Source: an uncultured Lachnospiraceae bacterium
GTDB taxonomy: Bacteria; Bacillota; Clostridia; Christensenellales; UBA1242
DNA: 64,000 nucleotides
Reading direction: 5' to 3'
NCBI GenBank assembly: GCA_964383665.1
Contig: CAYLHO010000002.1
Coordinates: 138,306-202,305, forward strand
This document shows positions 6,078 to 17,900 of the stretch, one piece after another; the first letter of the stretch is position 1; each line of letters opens with the position of its first letter. The notes beneath the pieces are model-generated. The model was not told where the DNA came from and did no database searches. It was given only the letters and a program-made list of their open reading frames with translations. The translations under genes were made by a program, and so were the position numbers.

Positions 6078-8717
6078 TTATTCTGATCTTAATGCTTCAA
6101 CTGGATCTTTTTTCGCAGCTAAACTTGCTGGGATTAAACCCGAGATCAGCGTTAAACCAATGCTAATTAAAATCATAATTAGCGCGGTTGTTATTGGCAA
6201 AGATGCAAGCGTGTAAATTCCGAACATTTTTCCAACAATAAGATTTATGATTCCCGAAATTCCATAGGTCACGGCAATTCCAAAAAGCCCGGACACGCTT
6301 CCAATAATGAATGTTTCCGCAATAAACAAACTTGAAACATCTCGTTTTCTTCCGCCAAGCGAACGAATCACACCAATTTCCTTAACTCTTTCCATAACAG
6401 AAACGTAGGTTATGATTGCAACCATAACAGTTGAAACAACAAGCGAAAGGGCAGTGAAGGCAACAAGCGCGGTTGTTACGATGTTAACCAAATTGTTAAC
6501 AAGCCCAATAACAATTGAAAGGTTGTCGGTGTATTCAATGTCGTCTCGGCTGTCGGCGTTAAGAGTTGTGTTGTTAATTGCAATTGGTTCATCGCTGTTC
6601 CATTTGTCAAGATAATTTGTTACTTCATCTTTAAAATCGAAATCTTTTGGATAGATTTTGATTGTGTTTGGAATTGTCTTTCCGCCAATTTCACGAAGCG
6701 AAAGGCTGTATGTTTTTGTTGAAGCAGAGCCTCCTGTAAGGAAATTCATCGACGACGTGTTTCCAATAAACCCAACGCAATTTTCATATTTTGTTCCGTT
6801 AAGTTCGAAAGAATAGGTGTAAGTTATTCCGCCATATGCCGTTTCGTTGATATAATAACTGTTATATGATGTTATTTCATTATCATTAAAGTATTTAACA
6901 ATTTTCGAATTTAAACTGTTTTCAATAATTGTTTTTGCAAGGGCTTCGGTGTAGTAGAATCCGCTTTCCAAACAGCCATAAGAAATGTTTTCTTTTGGTG
7001 TTAAAATTGCTGTTATTTTAAGTTCAATTCCGTTTTCCCAATCGTCGCTTGAGGTTGGGTTATATGTGAAAGGTTTGGTTGGATTCAAACTTTCGGTGAA
7101 AACATTGTCGTTTGGATACCAAACAAAGGTTTTTCCAAGAATCTCGTCATAACTAAATTTGTCTTTCCATAAACTTTCGGTGTAGTTTGGGTCGTCGGCT
7201 GCTTTATATACAAGGTTCAAAAATTCATCTTGAGAATAGAATCCAAATTGGGCAAGAAGAAGGTCGGAAATTGCATTATTGCTGTTTAAAACAATCATAA
7301 TTTCGTTTTCTTCGGTTGCGAACTTACTTCCGGCAAGCATGTCGTATTGCGAAGAAATGAATTCTTCGTTGTTAATAACTTGCATAAAATCTCCGGCAAA
7401 GAGAGGGATATACTGGGAAAAACTATCATAGCCTTCGGTTTTGTTTAACATTGCCGTGTAGATTTCAAGAGCAGCGGCAAGGGAAATTTTGTTGTGTTCT
7501 TGACCGTTAAATTTGTAAGTTGTGTAAATGTTGTTGGAAAGATTTAAACCATAATCCATTAAAATTGCTGAATAATATTCTTCCGGAAGGGTTTTAACAA
7601 AATTAACATAGTCTTCGGAAATGTCATTTGTTATTCTGAACGAACTTAAATCGCTGCTTCTTTCAACAAGATATTCAATCATTCGTTCAACATTAACATA
7701 TCCGTCAACAGTTGCTTCTTTCAAGGCTTCTTTTGTTGCTGCTTCGCCTTGTGCGACAATAAGTGCATTTAAATTTATTGCCTCCTCGCTTATTGTTATT
7801 GGGTTTCCGGAAAGCATGTCGTTTTGCATGTCGTTTATGTATCCGCGAATTCCTGTTGAAACAGCCAAAACGGTTGCAACGCCAATAATTCCAATTGAGC
7901 CCGCAAGGCAAACCATTAAAGTTCGTTTAAATTTGGATATCAAATTTTTTGAAGAAAGCTTGAAAGCTGACCAAAAAGATAGTTTTGCTTTTTTACTTGG
8001 TTTTTCCTTTTTAACTTTTTCCTCTTTTTCTTCAACTTGGGAATACGGATTTGAATCGGAAACAACATTTCCATCGAGAAGTTTAATTATTCTTGTTGAA
8101 TATTTATCCGCTAAATCTGGGTTGTGGGTTACCATAACAACCAAACATTCTTTTGCAATTTCTTGAATTAAATCCATAATTTGAACGCTTGTTTCACTGT
8201 CCAAAGCGCCGGTTGGCTCATCTGCAAGCAAAATTTCGGGGTCGTTAACAAGCGCGCGGGCAATTGCAACTCTTTGGCATTGTCCGCCCGAAAGCTGATT
8301 TGGCTTCTTGTTATATTGGTCTTTCAGCCCAACCTTGTCGAGCGCTTGCTTTGCGCGTTCTTTTCTTTCCTTCTTTTCAATTCCCGAAATGTTAAGAGCA
8401 AGTTCAACATTTTCCAAAATTGTTTGATGAGGAATTAAATTGTAACTTTGAAAAATGAACCCAACACGATGATTTCGATAGGTGTCCCAATCTCTGTCGG
8501 AATAGCTTTTTGTGCTAACTTTGTCGATAAGAAGGTCGCCGCTGGTGTAGTGGTCAAGTCCGCCAATAATGTTAAGCAGGGTTGTTTTTCCGCAGCCCGA
8601 CGGACCAAGAATTGAAACAAATTCGCTTTCGCGGAAAGTTAAACTAACGCCTTTAAGTGCGTGAACTTTTGAATCGCCAACAACATAATCTTTTTTAATG
8701 TCTTTTAACTCTAACAT
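6078..8717 (-). CDS. fused ABC transporter ATP-binding protein + FtsX/MacB-type permease
   Basis: 879 aa. N-terminal NBD with Walker A GPSGCGKTT, signature LSGGQCQR and Walker B LLADEPT. This is followed by TM1, a ~470-aa extracytoplasmic domain, three C-terminal TMs and the FtsX-family end ...KKDPVEALRSE. GAGG SD. Confidence 0.9.
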   Translation of the reverse strand: MLELKDIKKDYVVGDSKVHALKGVSLTFRESEFVSILGPSGCGKTTLLNIIGGLDHYTSGDLLIDKVSTKSYSDRDWDTYRNHRVGFIFQSYNLIPHQTILENVELALNISGIEKKERKERAKQALDKVGLKDQYNKKPNQLSGGQCQRVAIARALVNDPEILLADEPTGALDSETSVQIMDLIQEIAKECLVVMVTHNPDLADKYSTRIIKLLDGNVVSDSNPYSQVEEKEEKVKKEKPSKKAKLSFWSAFKLSSKNLISKFKRTLMVCLAGSIGIIGVATVLAVSTGIRGYINDMQNDMLSGNPITISEEAINLNALIVAQGEAATKEALKEATVDGYVNVERMIEYLVERSSDLSSFRITNDISEDYVNFVKTLPEEYYSAILMDYGLNLSNNIYTTYKFNGQEHNKISLAAALEIYTAMLNKTEGYDSFSQYIPLFAGDFMQVINNEEFISSQYDMLAGSKFATEENEIMIVLNSNNAISDLLLAQFGFYSQDEFLNLVYKAADDPNYTESLWKDKFSYDEILGKTFVWYPNDNVFTESLNPTKPFTYNPTSSDDWENGIELKITAILTPKENISYGCLESGFYYTEALAKTIIENSLNSKIVKYFNDNEITSYNSYYINETAYGGITYTYSFELNGTKYENCVGFIGNTSSMNFLTGGSASTKTYSLSLREIGGKTIPNTIKIYPKDFDFKDEVTNYLDKWNSDEPIAINNTTLNADSRDDIEYTDNLSIVIGLVNNLVNIVTTALVAFTALSLVVSTVMVAIITYVSVMERVKEIGVIRSLGGRKRDVSSLFIAETFIIGSVSGLFGIAVTYGISGIINLIVGKMFGIYTLASLPITTALIMILISIGLTLISGLIPASLAAKKDPVEALRSE

Positions 8718-8782
8718 CTTAACCTCACATAAAATTTTATAATTTTTAGTGTTTTTTTAATTAAAAACGCAATTTTAAGCAA

Positions 8783-9184
8783 TTATTTTAATAATTTTTG
8801 CAAAATATCATATAAATTTTCCTTTTCGGAAGAATCAAGTTTTACTAGAAAACCATCAATTGAATTGAAAATTTTTGCCTTTCTTTTGCTTAATGTTTCT
8901 GTTCCTTTTTCTGTTATCTTAACAATTGTTTTTCTTGCATCTAACGAGCATTTTGTTTTTGCAATGAATCCCTTCTTTTTAAGGGTTGCCAAAATAACTG
9001 CTGTTCGAGCGGTTGTAACATGAAACATCTTTGAAATTTCACCAGCCGAAAGCCCGTTTGGGGCATCGCTTAAAAGCCTTAAAACAAAATACATTCCCGA
9101 AAAGCCGTCTTGAATTGTTTCTGTAACTTTTTTAAACTTATGATTGCAGAACAGCAAGTAGAAGTCTTTTGCAGCAAAATCCAT
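8783..9184 (-). CDS. MarR-family transcriptional regulator
   Basis: Winged-HTH core SAGEISKMFHVTTARTAVILATLKKKGFIAKTKCSLDARKTIVKITEKG. I place the start at ATG 9184 (MDFAAK...) because GGAGGG (9194-9189) precedes it. The longer TTG start at 9196 would contain its own SD. A 65-nt gap with no terminator leads to the MacB-like gene, so they are probably co-transcribed. Confidence 0.85.
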   Translation of the reverse strand: MDFAAKDFYLLFCNHKFKKVTETIQDGFSGMYFVLRLLSDAPNGLSAGEISKMFHVTTARTAVILATLKKKGFIAKTKCSLDARKTIVKITEKGTETLSKRKAKIFNSIDGFLVKLDSSEKENLYDILQKLLK

Positions 9185-9196
9185 ATTTCCCTCCAA

Positions 9197-9217
9197 ATAT
9201 CTAACACTGTTAGGTAT
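9197..9217. promoter_or_regulatory. 21-bp near-perfect palindrome, putative MarR operator
   Basis: ATAtCTAACA-c-TGTTAGgTAT. The CTAACA/TGTTAG arms are perfect and there is one mismatched outer pair. It overlaps the -10/+1 region of the marR promoter. Confidence 0.55.
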
Positions 9218-9244
9218 TTTACACCTTTGCCTTGATTATGTCAA
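9216..9244 (-). promoter_or_regulatory. promoter of the marR-ABC operon
   Basis: On the minus strand: TTGACA (9244-9239), 17-nt spacer, TAAAAT (9221-9216). Confidence 0.6.
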
Positions 9245-9609
9245 TTGTTTAAATAAAAAATTTTTATTTTTGACTTATAATTTTATGACGCAGATTAAAA
9301 ATTTGGTGTTAATTAAAAATCATTTTAAAAATTAATTTTTAAAAAATTATTAAAAAATTTAAAAATTTTATTAAAAATTCATATTTTTTTGGCCTTTTTA
9401 TTAAAAAAATAATAAATTTTTGCTTTTTTAAAAGTTAAAATATTTTAAATAAACTTTAATTTTTCTTCCTAAAAAAATTAGTGGCTCAAAATCAGAATAT
9501 ATATGGTATAATATAAGAGATTTATAAAAAATAAGGATAATAAAAAGATAAAATAATATAATAAACAACGAAACACTTTGTTGAAAAAAATAATCGATGG
9601 AGAAAGAAA

Positions 9610-10335
9610 ATGATTGAGGTAATCAATTTTTCAAAAAAATATAAAGGCGCAAGCAAATATTCTGCAAAGGATATAAGCTTTTGTGTTGACGATGGGAAGG
9701 TTCTTGGGCTTGTTGGGCTTAACGGAGCGGGAAAGTCAACAACAATTAAGAGCATTGTTGGAATTTTGCCTTTCAGCGAGGGGCAAATTCTTGTTAACGG
9801 AATTGACATCTCAAAAGAGCCATCGAAAGCAAAGCAAACGGTTGGCTATGTCCCGGACGATCATTCTGTTTATGAGAAACTTACCGGAAGGGAATATGTT
9901 AACTATATGGGAAGTCTTTTCGGGGTTTCAAAAGAACTTAAGAAGGAAAGGCTTGAAAAATATTCAAAGCAATTTGGGCTTCGAAACGAACTTGATAATC
10001 AAATTTCAAGTTATTCCCACGGAATGAAACAAAAGATTTGTTTAATTGGGTCTTTAATCCACAATCCAAAACTTTGGGTTTTGGACGAGCCAATGATGGG
10101 GCTTGACCCAACAACGATGAATGAGGTTAAAAGTTGCATTCGAAATTATGTTAAAGAGGGAAACACAGTTTTGTTTTCTTCTCATAATCTTGAAACTGTT
10201 GAAAAAGTTTGCGATCTTGTTGGAATAATTAACAAGGGTAAACTTGTTAAGCTTATAAATCTTGAGGAGGCAAAGAAAGATCCAAACTTTAACTTGGAAC
10301 AACTTTTTGCGGAGGTTACAAAAGAGGAGCAATGA
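9610..10335 (+). CDS. ABC-2-type transporter ATP-binding protein
   Basis: 241 aa, GGAG SD. Walker A GLNGAGKST, degenerate signature YSHGMKQK, Walker B LWVLDEP. Confidence 0.9.
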   Translation: MIEVINFSKKYKGASKYSAKDISFCVDDGKVLGLVGLNGAGKSTTIKSIVGILPFSEGQILVNGIDISKEPSKAKQTVGYVPDDHSVYEKLTGREYVNYMGSLFGVSKELKKERLEKYSKQFGLRNELDNQISSYSHGMKQKICLIGSLIHNPKLWVLDEPMMGLDPTTMNEVKSCIRNYVKEGNTVLFSSHNLETVEKVCDLVGIINKGKLVKLINLEEAKKDPNFNLEQLFAEVTKEEQ

Positions 10336-11933
10336 GAAAAGTTCTGACATACATTGGCTTGCACTTTCGTCTTCAATTTCGAAGCGAGCAAAAATCGGAC
10401 GTAAAGAGCAAAATTGCAACAATTTTTATGACTGTTGCAACTTGCGCTGTTGTTTTGCTGCTTTCGAAATATCTTTTCGACATCATAAGCCGACAAATCC
10501 TCACGGAGGTTTCGCCAGAGCAATTTTCGGTTTTGATTTTTTTAATTGCCGAAATTGCGCTTGTTATTGTTGGCGTTGTTCTTGAAATTAAGTTTTTCTT
10601 AAAGCCGCAGGACATTCAAATTTCTGCAAGATTCCCAATGAGCTCTTTCTCGCTTTTTGTTTCTCAACTTATAATTGTTTACATCTATCTTCTTGGATTT
10701 GCTTTTTTGGGGCTTATGCCTATAATGTCTATTTATGCTTGGTCGGCGGGGATTCTTTCGGGAGCATTTTTCGGGCAGCTTTTGCTTGCAGTTCTTTTCG
10801 CACCATTAATTCCTTTTGCTTTTGCAACAATTCTTGTTGTTCCAACAATGTTTATTATGGTTGCGCTTAAAAACCAAAACACTGTTAAACTTATAATTTT
10901 TTTGCTTTTCCTTATTGGAGCATTTGTTCTTTATAACTATGTTTTAAATTTTCTTGCGGAATATTATGTTCATCAAAAGGTTAATTCGGCAACGCGCAAT
11001 TCGGTTGTTTCTTTTGTTGCCATGTTAAACAACGGTTGGAATTTCTTTTCCTATGTTAACAATCTTGCCTTTGGAACGGAAATTTTGAAAAGCATTGGAA
11101 TCATTCTTTCAATTTCTGTTGTTGTTTTGGGGATTGGAATTGGAATTTCAATTCCGGTTTATGCAAAAGTTAGAGAGAGCGTTCTTGAGGGTAAGAAAGG
11201 AATTTTTAAGAAGAGAACAAAAATAAATTCCGATAATGCTTTTGTTGCAATTTTCAAAAAGGAATTTAAAGAGATTCTTCGAACCCACACCTATGCATAT
11301 TTCTATCTTGGCGTTGCCTTAACAACCCCTGTTATGGTTCTTTTAACAAACAGACTTATTCAAAAAGTTGGCGAGGCGCAAATTGGCGGAAACATTGCTT
11401 TCGGAATTTCAATTCTTGTTGTTTTGGCGTTTATGTGTATGATAAACTCCTTTTCGGCAACTGCAATAAGTCGAGAGGGAAAACATTTTTACATAACAAA
11501 AATTGTTCCCGTTGACTATCGAACCCAACTTCTTTCAAAGGCGCTTTTAAACGCTCTTATTTCGGTTGGGGCGCTTCTTGTTAGTGTTATAATTCTTTGC
11601 AGCATGAACTTCATTTCTGTTTTGCAAGCATTTGTTGTTTTTGTTGTTGCTCTTTTGGTTGCTCTTGGCGTTATTTTCAACGGGTTCAACCTTAATCTTC
11701 GTTTCCCAGCGCTTAAAAGCGGAGGAGAGGGAAATCAAACAAACATAACCATAACAATGTTTATTGGATTTGTTATAAGTGCGCTTGAAGGAGTTGTTGC
11801 AATTGTTTTAAGCTTTATTGTTGAACTTCAATTTATTTACTTAATTCTTGTTGCTGTTGCAATGATTTATGCGCTTGTTAATGCTTTAGTTTTCGCTTTC
11901 ACGGCGAACAAAAAATATGCAGGAATTGAATAG
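10332..11933 (+). CDS. polytopic membrane protein, putative ABC-2 exporter permease
   Basis: 533 aa. ATGA start/stop overlap with the upstream ATPase gene. About 10-12 hydrophobic helices in two blocks separated by a basic cytoplasmic loop (KKGIFKKRTKINSD...). No catalytic motifs. Confidence 0.7.
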   Translation: MRKVLTYIGLHFRLQFRSEQKSDVKSKIATIFMTVATCAVVLLLSKYLFDIISRQILTEVSPEQFSVLIFLIAEIALVIVGVVLEIKFFLKPQDIQISARFPMSSFSLFVSQLIIVYIYLLGFAFLGLMPIMSIYAWSAGILSGAFFGQLLLAVLFAPLIPFAFATILVVPTMFIMVALKNQNTVKLIIFLLFLIGAFVLYNYVLNFLAEYYVHQKVNSATRNSVVSFVAMLNNGWNFFSYVNNLAFGTEILKSIGIILSISVVVLGIGIGISIPVYAKVRESVLEGKKGIFKKRTKINSDNAFVAIFKKEFKEILRTHTYAYFYLGVALTTPVMVLLTNRLIQKVGEAQIGGNIAFGISILVVLAFMCMINSFSATAISREGKHFYITKIVPVDYRTQLLSKALLNALISVGALLVSVIILCSMNFISVLQAFVVFVVALLVALGVIFNGFNLNLRFPALKSGGEGNQTNITITMFIGFVISALEGVVAIVLSFIVELQFIYLILVAVAMIYALVNALVFAFTANKKYAGIE

Positions 11934-11947
11934 GGAGGAAAGAAACA

Positions 11948-14900
11948 ATGAAGAAAATTATGATTTTTTCAATAATCCTAATGCCACTTATTGTTTTAGG
12001 AATTATGTTTCTTAGCGGGTCGATTGTTAAGATGTCAACATATCTTTATGTTGAATATATCGAATTTGTTGATGACGAAATTGTCCTTAACAAAACTTCA
12101 GGCGAAAATGTTTCCCATGCTCTTAAAGTTAACGTTTTCCCAGTTCTTGCAAACAACAAAGAAGTTGAATTTTGGAGTGCAAATGAGAATATAGTTTCGG
12201 TTGATGAAAACGGGAATTTAACAAGCAGAGATTTTGGCTCGACATATGTTTATGCAAAAAGCAAAGAAAACGGAGCGAAACAAGCAACTTGTAAGGTTGT
12301 TGTTACAAGCGAAAAAGTTCACAAAATTTGGGCGGAAAATTCAGTTTCAACAATGTATGTTGGCTCAACCCATCGTTTTAACGTTAAATATGCTCCTTTG
12401 GAAGCAAAGGAAGTTTCTTTTAACATAACTTCATCAAATCCAAGCGCGCTTTATGTTTCCCAGGACGGAGAACTTGTTGCAAGGGCAAAGGGAGCTTCAA
12501 CAATAACAATTTCTCTTAAAAGTGATCCAAACATAACCTGTTCGTTTGATGTTGATGTTAAAGTTAAGGCAGAGGGAATTTGGATTGAAGATTCGTCGTC
12601 GGTTACTTCGGCAAAAACAAGTTTCAGTTTCCCAGAAATTAAGTTTTCGCCTTCAACGGCGGAAGAAAAAATTTCCTATTTTTCAAGCGACTCCTCAATT
12701 GCAACTGTTAACAGCGAAGGGCAAATTCAATTTTTGAAAAGGGGAACTGTTGTTATAACTGCGAAAGCGGAAAACGTTAACGATGAGGTTATAAAATCAT
12801 ACACTTCAACTTTTGGATATTTCAAAAATGTTTCGTTCTCAACTCTTAACGAAAGGGAACTAAATTTTGAGGATTGGCAGAATTCAGATTTAAACTTGAT
12901 TTGGACGGGTTTCCCAGAAGACGGAAATTTGGAAAACATTTCGTTAGTAAGTTCGAACGAAAGCGTTGTTAAAGTTGAAAACGGAAAACTTAAAGTTGTT
13001 GGCGGCGGGGAGGCAACAATAACAATTGTTGCAAAAACCTCGGAAACGGAAACAACAACCGCTTCAATAACTCTTAATGTTAACAGAAAAATTGATTCAA
13101 TTTCTTTTGACCGTCCAAATTTCAGTTTTGTTTCGTCAAGGGCAATTGACCTTGCAACTGCGTTCCCAGCCGACGCAACAGAAAGAATTGAATATGAAAT
13201 TTCTAACACCGAAATTGCAACAGTTGAGAACGGGAAATTGGTTTTTTCGTCGGCTGTTTTAAACAATAAATGCGGAAAAGTTAGCATAACAGCAAAAACA
13301 AAAAGTGGACTTGCAAAAACAATAACTGTTGTCTATTTGGATTCCTCGGTTCAAAGAATTGACTTGGGAAATCAAGACCAATTAAATTTAACGCTTCCAA
13401 AAACCGGTGAACCTTCTCTTTCTTTTGCTGTTGTTTCAACTCGAGATGATTTGAACGATTTAAGCTTAAAAATTGAAAGTGGAAGCGATGTTTTAACTCA
13501 AAATGGTTATATTTTCACACTTAAAAACAACGGTAGCGCTGAAATTGGTGTCTATTTTAACGGCGAAACAAACCCAAGCAAAAGAATTGGTGTAAGCGTT
13601 AAGAAAGATGTTGAGGAAATTCAAAATATAAAAGTTTTTGCAACATGGGAAGGGCTCGATTCCAAACAATATTCTTCAAGCGAAAGAATTTATTCATCAA
13701 GCAAGGTTTTTGAAATTTCATATAATCTTTTCCCTTCCGGAACAACAAAAACAGAGGCGGATTTAGAAATTGTTAGCGGCGATGCTGCTCAAATTGTTGA
13801 CGGAAAAATTTGCTTTGTTAAAGCAGGAAAGGTTAGGGTTAGAATTTTTGCCGACCAAGCAAGCGAGGAGTTTGAAATTGAAAGCACGTTCATGCTTCCA
13901 AATGAAAATACGGTTGTAACAAAAAATGTTGAAATTTTTAAAGGTTCAAGCATTTCAATTTGGAGTTTGATTGAGGTTTTGCCAGAAAATGCCGACAGAA
14001 ATAACATAACATTCCAAACATCTTCAACGTCAATTTCAATTGATGAAAACGGGAACATTTTTGGCGTTTGTGGCGGGGAAGCAAAAATTGAAGTTTCAAT
14101 TCCAACTCCAAATCAAACAATTTCAAAGGAAATTAATGTTTTTGTTAAGGAAAATGCAGAAAAAGTTGTGGTTTTGGGCAATGAAATTGAATTTATAACC
14201 AATCAAACTTATAATTTTAAAAACAAATTTAAGGTTTATCCAGAAACTGCAAACCTTAAAACCCAAATAACATTTGGGGTTGAAAATGAAAATGTTGCCT
14301 ACATAAACTCCGAAGGAAACCTTGTTTTTAAAGAAGCGGGACGCTGCGTTGTTTATGCAAAACTTGAAAATGATTTCGTTGCTCGAATTTCTGTTGCATA
14401 TGTTGGAAACTCTCTTGTTTTAAGAGAAACAACAGCGAATGTTCTTGAGGGAACGAAATTTGTTGTTATTCCTTCAAGTGAGGTTCTTTCAAACGCGAAA
14501 TATAGCGATGATTTTATTTCGTCCTCGGAAAATATTTCTGTTTCAAACGGTCTTTTCATAACTGTTTTGGGAAGCGGAGAAGTTACTTTTGCCGGAGAAA
14601 CTTATTCGCTTAATTGCGTTAAAAAGATTACAAATGTTTCAATTTCGGCTGAAAATGCGTTGGACATCGACTTGCGAGGCGGGAAAAACATAACGGGTCT
14701 TTCAAGTTTGAAACTTGTTGGAAATGTTTTTGGCGCGCAAAGCGAATTTATTGAAACAACTTTTGCTTCCAGCAATTTGACCGTTGCAACGATAAGCCAA
14801 ACAGGTGTTTTAAGTTTCAACTCTGCCGGCGAGGTTGAGATAACTTTCGAGGCAAAATTTGTTGATTCTGTTTTGGGAGCAAACAAAATTTTGCATTCAA

Positions 14901-17900
14901 CAAAAATTAAAATTCAATCAACTTTTGGGGAGATTAATGAAATTGTTCCTTCTCAAACGGGGAAATTTGAATTCACAATTGACGACGAAAACCCGATAAA
15001 CAACATTATAAACATTTGCTCATATGTTAATTCCTTCCCAACGCAAGTTTCAATGACAAGCGAAAATGTTAAACTTGTTCTTTCAAACAACTTGCTTGCA
15101 AACGTTAATGGTCTTGAAATTCAATTTGTTAAAGGGGGAACTCTTGGCGTTGAAATTCAAATTAAACAAGGAGATAAATTCGTTCTTGCTTCAAAAATTG
15201 AATTTGAAATTAAGAAAAATGCCGAAGCAATTTATGTTAACGAAAAAGAAATTGTTAACATGAAAACATATTCATGGAACAAGTCAACTTTGTTCCTTAA
15301 TCCTGTTGCATTCCCAGAGGATTCAAACATCAACAACAAAATAACATGGGAAGTTGTTGAAAACAATGGGGTTGCGGAAGTTGATGCTTCAAAAAACAAA
15401 ATTGTTTTCAAAAAGACAAATGAAACAATTTCAATCAAGTTTACCCTTGGGGAAAACGAAAATATAAAAGAATTTGTTGTTTATCTTAAAGCAACAACAA
15501 TAACGTTTGAGGTTGATGTTGAAAGCGAAACATTTGTTGTCCCTTCAAAAGAACCTTTCACTTTTGTTTCCTCCGAAGGCGAAATTTTAAATTTAATTGT
15601 TAATTTTGGAAGCGAGTTCGCAAGTTTAAGAGAACTTTCGGAAGGTGTTTATGTTATTGATGAATCCTGCGTTGGAAACGTTTTAATAAGTGTTGATGGC
15701 AACGAGAGAACAGTTAAACTTGTTTCAACTTCCAACATAAACAAAATTGAAAACGTTGGAATTTCCGATGTTAAAATGAACGGCGAAACCGAAGTTGTTT
15801 CGGCAATTGAAAATGGTTTAAGCCTTGTAACTGCGTCGAAAGAGGTTGGAATTGAATATATCGTTCCAGTTGGCTATAACAAACTTGGGAACTTAATCAG
15901 TTGTCAAATTGCAACCTCAAATTCCGAAATCGCAACAATTGATGGAACAAAAGTTGTTTTCAAAAAAGCTGGAATTGCTAAAATAACATTAACAATTGCT
16001 TTCGACGATGCCTATGGCGAAAAGAGCATAGCTTTCAGTTTTGAAATTAGATCGACGTTTGGGAACATTGAGGAATTTAACGTTCCGCAAGATTCCTATT
16101 CGTTCCTCTATGACGAACTTGAGCAAAGCGAATTGACTTTCGACATTCTTTCATCGCTCACTCGCGTTTCGCCAAGTTATGGCGAAGTTTCGTTGCCAGA
16201 GGTTTCAATAAATAATAACTCTGTTATTAAATTCATAAACAATAAATTTGAAATTGTTGGGTCGGGAACGGCAAAAATTGAAATTAAATGGGGTAATGCA
16301 ACAAAAATAATCAATGTTGGAATCAGCAAGCAAATTGATGGACTTAAATTTGTTGATAACGGGCAGCCATTAACTCAAATTGTTATTAAAACAAAAACTT
16401 ATAACCTTAACTATGAAATTCTTGCAACAAACAGCGCGTTTGCTCCAACTTTGCGCGATGTTGAAATAACGGTTGTTGGCAATGCAACAATAAACGGAAA
16501 GGTTTTAACATTTAATGAGGTAAACGAAAAATGCGTTGTAACCGTTAAGGCAAAGGACGGAAATGCAACCGCGAACCTTGTTGTTGTTTGCGTAAGCGAA
16601 GATGTTAATGTTATTTCTGCAACAAGTTCTCTTAACAGAACTGTTGTTAAAGCGGGCGAAACAAACATTTTCAATTTCGATTTTGGTGAAACGTTTGTTG
16701 AGCTTTTAAATCCATCAAACGATTCAATCGTTTTCAATTCAACCCTTGGAACTTTTAAGGTAACAAAGGGGCTTGAAGGACAACTTCAATTAAGCAATGG
16801 ACAAATTATAACAATTATTGCAACTCAAGAAGTTGGGGGAATTAATTTCAAAACAGGAGCATGGGAAAGCGGAAAAATAACAGCTCTTGGAAGTTCTTCC
16901 GACGGAAAGGGGATTGACCTTAACGAAATTTATGGAGCAAGCATAAGCCCTGTTTCGGCAAGGACCGAAGCTGGAGCATATGTTGTTGAAATTCTTGTTG
17001 ACGATCCGTCGATTGCGTATGTTGAAAATGGTTTCTTATATTTCATTAAGCAAGGAGAAGTTACTTTAACATTTAAAGCGGGCAACGTTGAAGAAAAACG
17101 AAAGATTGAAAGCACACTGGGGTTCGCAAAGAGCGTTGAATTTGAAAATGCTGACGGACTGCAATTTGAATTTACAACAAGGGAATATGTTTTGCCTGAA
17201 AATATGTTCAGTGTTTTTCCTTCCGATGCATATATTATTGGCGCAACGTTCAAGTCGCTTGACGAATCTGTTTTCAAGGTTGAAAATGGAAAACTCATTT
17301 TTGTTGACGGCGGGACTGCAAACCTTGAACTTTCTGTTGAGATTTCGCGAACTGAAACAATAAGCATCACTAAAGAAGTTTATGTTGTTAATCGTGCAAC
17401 AGGAATTGACTTTTTCGATGGGGAAATTAAAGTTGGAAGAATTGTTAAAAATGCAAAACCAAATTCAACAATGGTTTTAAGTTATGTTATTAATTCGGTT
17501 GGCGTGCTTTCGCCATATAACGTTGTTTTCGAGTCGTCGAATGAAAGCGTTGCAACAATTGCAAATGGAATTGTAACCTTTGTTGGAAACGGAACAACAA
17601 CCATAACCGTTAAAGTTCAAAGCAAATTAAACGACGAAACCCAGTTTGATGCAGTTGCAAGCTTGAAAATTGTTAACAACGAAAATTATGAGATAAAAAG
17701 CATAACCCAAGCTGACAACGAAATCTATTTGGAAAGCGAAAGCGCGAACTTGGGAGTTATCTATCCAAAATTTAATATGTCAGATTTAGATTTTGAGTTT
17801 GTTCAACAAAGCGGATTGGACGTTGTTTCAATTGGCGAAAACGGGGAAATAAACAAAATTTCAGGCGGCGAGGCAACTGTTTTAATAAGAGCCGAAGGGT

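Noticed and set aside
9522-9809. 95-aa minus-strand ORF spanning the promoter/leader and the 5' end of the ABC-2 ATPase gene.
   Set aside because: It is antisense to a strongly supported CDS, starts in AT-rich non-coding DNA, and has no SD and no recognisable motif.
12727-17370. Long antisense ORFs inside the giant Big_2 gene (for example 186 aa at 12727-13287 and 146 aa at 16930-17370). Similar antisense ORFs occur in other long genes: 7621-8166, 24364-24960 and 55368-55955.
   Set aside because: These are typical shadow ORFs opposite codon-biased genes. They have no SD, no motifs, and the sense-strand proteins have unambiguous family signatures.
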